From NCBI GenBank assembly GCA_963664815.2, contig CAXXHB010000003.1:2656001-2720000 (forward strand): a stretch of 64,000 nt of DNA, written 5' to 3'. The notes beneath the pieces were generated by a model. It saw only the letters and a list, made by a program, of their open reading frames with translations. It was not told where the DNA came from and did no database searches. This DNA is from Spirochaetota bacterium. Its GTDB lineage: Bacteria > Spirochaetota > UBA4802 > UBA5550. The position numbers were made by a program, and so were the translations under genes. Below are positions 60,278-64,000 of the stretch, one piece after another (the first letter of the stretch is position 1; every line of letters starts with the position of its first letter).

Positions 60278-61014
60278 TACACTGCCTCCACCACAGCCTC
60301 TTTGTCAGAATCTTTATTATCTCTGAAAACCGCAGCAGCAACGGCGGTAACAGCAAGCATTGAAATCACAATAGACCACCCGGCAGAGATATGCCATACG
60401 TAATAAAGAACTGAATTCAATATTCCGGCTGATAAAGATAAAACCGCAGCCCTGTATCCTTTGTGTATTTCAGGAATAAGCAGCGCGATGAAAAGAGCAA
60501 ACAGAGCACCTGACATTGCATCCTGAAGAGAGCGCGGGAGAAATATCCCCAGCGTTACCCCTGAAAGTGTACCTGCCGCCCACCCTGTCCACGAAACAAA
60601 TTGAAGCCCGTACATAAAGAAATTTGAAACTTCCCCCTGCTTCAAAGACGCCACAGAAAATATTTCATCGGTTACTGCAATTGAAATAACCGCCTTATCA
60701 AATTTATTTTTTAAACCGAGTTTCCTGGCCAATGAAGCGCTCATAATAAAATATCGCAGGTTCATCAGCATGACAGACACAACAATCTCACTGATAAACG
60801 CTCCTGATGAGATAAGATTGATAGCCATGAACTGTGCCGCACCTGTAAGATTGGACATGGAGAAGAAAACTGCCTCAAATGGAGTAAGACCGGAAGATAG
60901 TGCTAATATACCGAAAGCAACAGATGCCGTAAAATACCCTATAAATATAGGAACTGCACTCCTGGCTCCCTCGAAAAAATCTTTAACCTTCAATTTATCG
61001 GATTCAGTTTTCAT
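60277..61014 (-). CDS. azlC: AzlC-family branched-chain amino acid exporter permease
   Basis: GY...AFG, GAAQF, NLRY..MS, VTDE.F, ALFIALL. Confidence 0.9.
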   Translation of the reverse strand: MKTESDKLKVKDFFEGARSAVPIFIGYFTASVAFGILALSSGLTPFEAVFFSMSNLTGAAQFMAINLISSGAFISEIVVSVMLMNLRYFIMSASLARKLGLKNKFDKAVISIAVTDEIFSVASLKQGEVSNFFMYGLQFVSWTGWAAGTLSGVTLGIFLPRSLQDAMSGALFALFIALLIPEIHKGYRAAVLSLSAGILNSVLYYVWHISAGWSIVISMLAVTAVAAAVFRDNKDSDKEAVVEAV

Positions 61015-61408
61015 GGATTCTCATCATAATATTGTTACATGTACTTTTTTTATCTTCTGGCCGGTTATTGTCAAGGGAACTATTTAAAATTTTTTTACAA
61101 CGTTAATTCCATAACATGTTTTTTTAGTATAAATAAACTGTATTTTGAATATAATATAGTTAATCATCTATATAACAATACTATTAACGGAGCACAGAAT
61201 TACAGGTTACACAATAAAAAAATACTCCCTTCTGAAATTATACTATCACAGCCAAAAATTTCCGCTGTCCTGCTTATAATAACTCTCATCGGATTACCAT
61301 TCATCACTCTTTCTGTATTGACAAAGCTTAAAATAATCAATCCGCCTCCAACTTATTTCAGCCTGTTCCCTGGAATGGGAATACTTTTTACAGCAGGGAG
61401 CAGCATTT

Positions 61409-62527
61409 TTATGATAAATAAAATTCCTCTGCAGGATAGTATGGCATCCCGAAAGCTTCTGCCACTGCCGGATATGTAACTTTCCCAAGTATAATATTGG
61501 CACCATGAAGTATTTCCCTGTTTTCTTTCATAGCAATTTTCCATCCTTTATCGGCTATCTGAAGCGCATACGGAAATGTTGCGTTTGTCAGTGCCATAGT
61601 TGATGTTTTTGGAACAGCTCCCGGTATATTAGCCACGCAATAGTGAATAATACCGTCAATTTCATAAACAGGCTCTGTGTGTGTAGTCGCACGGGAAGTT
61701 TCGAAACATCCACCCTGGTCTATTGACACATCAACTATAACGGATCCATGTTTCATCGTTTTAAGCATATCTCTTGTAATCAGCTTTGGAGCTCTTGCTC
61801 CGGGAACAAGTACAGCACCGATAACAATATCCGCACATTGGATATATCTTCTTACCGCTTCTGTGCTGTAAACAAGCGGTATGCAGTTGCCTGGCATTAT
61901 ATCGGAAAGATACCTCAGCCGCTCCAGATTCGAATCAAGGATATACACCATCGCTCCCAACCCGCAGGCCATCTTTGCTGCATTCACACCAACAGTACCG
62001 CCTCCGATTACAAGTACAGTCCCGGGCTCAACCCCCGGGACTCCTCCCAGCAAAATACCGCTTCCTCCATGATGAATTTCGAGATACTCTGCTCCATACT
62101 GGACGGACATTCTGCCTGCAACTTCACTCATTGGTGTAAGCAGCGGAAGTACACCGTTTTCTTTACTTATAGTCTCATACGCTATGCATACTGATTCACT
62201 ATTCACCAGTTTTTCAGTAAGCTGCCGGTCAACCGCAAGATGAAGAAAGGTAAAAATTATCTGACCCTTTCTTATCATCTCATATTCAGAAGGGTGAGGT
62301 TCTTTCACATGCATTACCATGTCTGAAAGGGAATAGATTTCATCCGCGTAACTTATTATATTTCCGCCGGATTTTTCATAATCATCATCAGTAAAGCCGC
62401 TTTTAACTCCGGCTCCTTTTTCAACAAGTACAGTGTGACCATGACGTTTTACAGTCTCCACACCCGAAGGTGTCATGCAAACTCTGTTTTCACCAGTTTT
62501 AATTTCTTTCAGAATTCCGACTATCAT
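61409..62527 (-). CDS. ald: Alanine dehydrogenase
   Basis: [53 protein letters not shown]. Confidence 0.96.
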   Translation of the reverse strand: MIVGILKEIKTGENRVCMTPSGVETVKRHGHTVLVEKGAGVKSGFTDDDYEKSGGNIISYADEIYSLSDMVMHVKEPHPSEYEMIRKGQIIFTFLHLAVDRQLTEKLVNSESVCIAYETISKENGVLPLLTPMSEVAGRMSVQYGAEYLEIHHGGSGILLGGVPGVEPGTVLVIGGGTVGVNAAKMACGLGAMVYILDSNLERLRYLSDIMPGNCIPLVYSTEAVRRYIQCADIVIGAVLVPGARAPKLITRDMLKTMKHGSVIVDVSIDQGGCFETSRATTHTEPVYEIDGIIHYCVANIPGAVPKTSTMALTNATFPYALQIADKGWKIAMKENREILHGANIILGKVTYPAVAEAFGMPYYPAEEFYLS

Positions 62528-62718
62528 AGTTACCTTCCATGGGATAATTATTTCATATTTAATAATAATCTTTTATATTATGTACGGCAATATTTTTTGC
62601 TTTCTTATCAAACGATCTTAATAATATAAATTGATTACATATTAATGATTAACCGGGGTTTTTATTGACATAAAATAAATAAATATTAAACTCTGATATA
62701 TGTTTCCTGAGGTTACAA

Positions 62719-63147
62719 ATGAGCACTGTTACATTCGAATCAATAAAAAAAACAGAGGAAGGGTACAAAATATATTTCACATCCTACCTCCGGAGAGATT
62801 TTGTTGAAAAGTCTGCTGTCATTACAACGAAGAATGATTATAAGGTTGTTTCGATTTATATTTCGTCATATGACTTCGGATCGCTTGAATGGATTAATGG
62901 TATTGGAGTATCTGAATGCCGCAAATGGGAGACAGTTGAACAGGCTGAATCCCGGGGTTACCTGACAAGACGTTATACTGCACGAATTTCAGACGGTTAT
63001 GCGCCTGAGGGTCACGCCGAAAAACTGCTTATCCCGGATGTACTTGAAAGCATTGATAATAAAAAAATTGCCGGCATTTTAAAGTCCATTATAAGAACAA
63101 GGAGATCTGTAAGAAAAATAGACCCGGCAAAGTTCGGACTTGAATAA
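62719..63147 (+). CDS. Hypothetical protein
   Basis: 142-aa ORF with GAGG RBS and an upstream TTGACA. Confidence 0.65.
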   Translation: MSTVTFESIKKTEEGYKIYFTSYLRRDFVEKSAVITTKNDYKVVSIYISSYDFGSLEWINGIGVSECRKWETVEQAESRGYLTRRYTARISDGYAPEGHAEKLLIPDVLESIDNKKIAGILKSIIRTRRSVRKIDPAKFGLE

Positions 63148-63153
63148 ATAATT

Positions 63154-64000
63154 TTAAGCCCGCTTGTTGTTATAAACAGAAAATCCGATCAATACAAGCA
63201 TGATAATCCCCAGAATAAGACCTATATTTATATAATTATTTGACTCTTTACCTATTATATATGCCGTAAGGGAACTGGATGAAGCAAAAGGAAGCTCCTT
63301 GTATTTTTCTGAAATTTTTAAACCGGACAATGCTACAGATGAAATTTTTACCATATCAATTGTCCCGTTAAAAACAAGATTACTCCATGAACTGCTGTAA
63401 ACAACAGGCAGCTGTGCACCGATAACAAGCCCGCCGGCAGAATCCCGTACCTTTCCTACACTGTTGGCAATAGTTCTCTCGCAAATTCCGTTGACATAAA
63501 TTTTAATTTCCGATGCATCCCATGTGGCAACCACATAGTACCATGTGGAAAGCTCAAGTTTTGTACTGCTTTCAACATAAGCATAAGCACCTGATGAATT
63601 AAAAACTGAAAAACGGAGAGTACCATCTGTACCATTATTATCACCCCAGAACTGAAGGCTGTACGATTCATCGCTGAAATCTTTTTTTACGCCTTTATGC
63701 ACAACACCCGCAAACGGCTGATGTGAATCTGCCTTTATTACTGCTTCAATTGTTCCGGAATCTGCAAGGGTAAGCGAGTCGCTGTCAGGCACAAGAACAT
63801 AATCCCCTTTATTGAAATAGAGAGCACTTCCCATAATACCGTCAACCGTATCCGCGCCAGCAATAGTATAACTTCCATCACTGCCATACTCGAAATTCCA
63901 TATCCCGGTTATTTCTTCACTTTTTTTTGCCTTTACAGTATAGTCCGCAAAGGTTCCATTATCTGCCGTTACCCTGTATACAACAGGGGATGTAAAATTA
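63154..64000 (-). CDS. LamG/concanavalin-like domain surface protein with DUF5018-like repeat and C-terminal membrane anchor; 5' end outside window
   Basis: Frame open to the window end (NFTSPVVYRVTADNG..YTV); TIEAVIK, WYYVVATWD, IYVNG, LVIG, FNGTID; C-terminal TM followed by KR. Confidence 0.8.
   Translation of the reverse strand, partial: NFTSPVVYRVTADNGTFADYTVKAKKSEEITGIWNFEYGSDGSYTIAGADTVDGIMGSALYFNKGDYVLVPDSDSLTLADSGTIEAVIKADSHQPFAGVVHKGVKKDFSDESYSLQFWGDNNGTDGTLRFSVFNSSGAYAYVESSTKLELSTWYYVVATWDASEIKIYVNGICERTIANSVGKVRDSAGGLVIGAQLPVVYSSSWSNLVFNGTIDMVKISSVALSGLKISEKYKELPFASSSSLTAYIIGKESNNYINIGLILGIIMLVLIGFSVYNNKRA

Noticed and set aside
61039-61479. 146-aa + strand ORF and possible T-box/riboswitch upstream of azlC
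   Set aside because: The ORF has no RBS and overlaps the ald 3' end; there is no T-box motif, and a TTGACA lies close to the azlC start
978-63671. Many 60-190 aa ORFs antisense to or overlapping well-supported genes (e.g. 4280..4798, 57076..57636, 61748..62194)
   Set aside because: Shadow ORFs with no motifs, explained by the opposite-strand coding sequence
1-64000. CRISPR array, tRNA/rRNA, transposase, integrase, prophage or known defence system
   Set aside because: No regularly spaced direct repeats, cloverleafs or diagnostic protein motifs seen by eye

Overview
An AT-rich bacterial chromosomal window with about 55 protein-coding genes and no tRNA, rRNA, CRISPR array, transposase or phage gene that I can recognise. 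The gene set (short hinge-reduced SMC, mcsA-mcsB-clpC without ctsR, TPR-NHL-vWA protein, HEAT-repeat protein) suggests a Leptospirales-like spirochaete; this is inference only. Housekeeping genes: leuCD, clpC/mcsB/mcsA, panE, htrA, pcm, uvrA, smc, nadCAB, rlmA-like, azlCD, ald. Signalling genes: two hybrid histidine kinases, a sensor-less MCP and a tandem cNMP-GGDEF pair. The best candidate for an undescribed system is the 42.2-50.7 kb cluster: M20 amidohydrolase, two ArnE/F-like SMR/EamA proteins, FemAB-like GNAT, ureohydrolase, class III aminotransferase, HAD phosphatase and a Cys-nucleophile alpha/beta hydrolase. It reads like a pathway that makes and flips an amino-modified lipid or small molecule. 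Also notable: apparent pseudo-enzymes (McsB, CE7 esterase, one GGDEF), a mini flagellin-like protein, an acidic zinc-ribbon protein coupled to uvrA, a ~100-nt rod-shaped RNA candidate, and long intergenic inverted repeats, two of which share a 12-bp half-site. All product calls come from motif recognition by eye; no searches were run.
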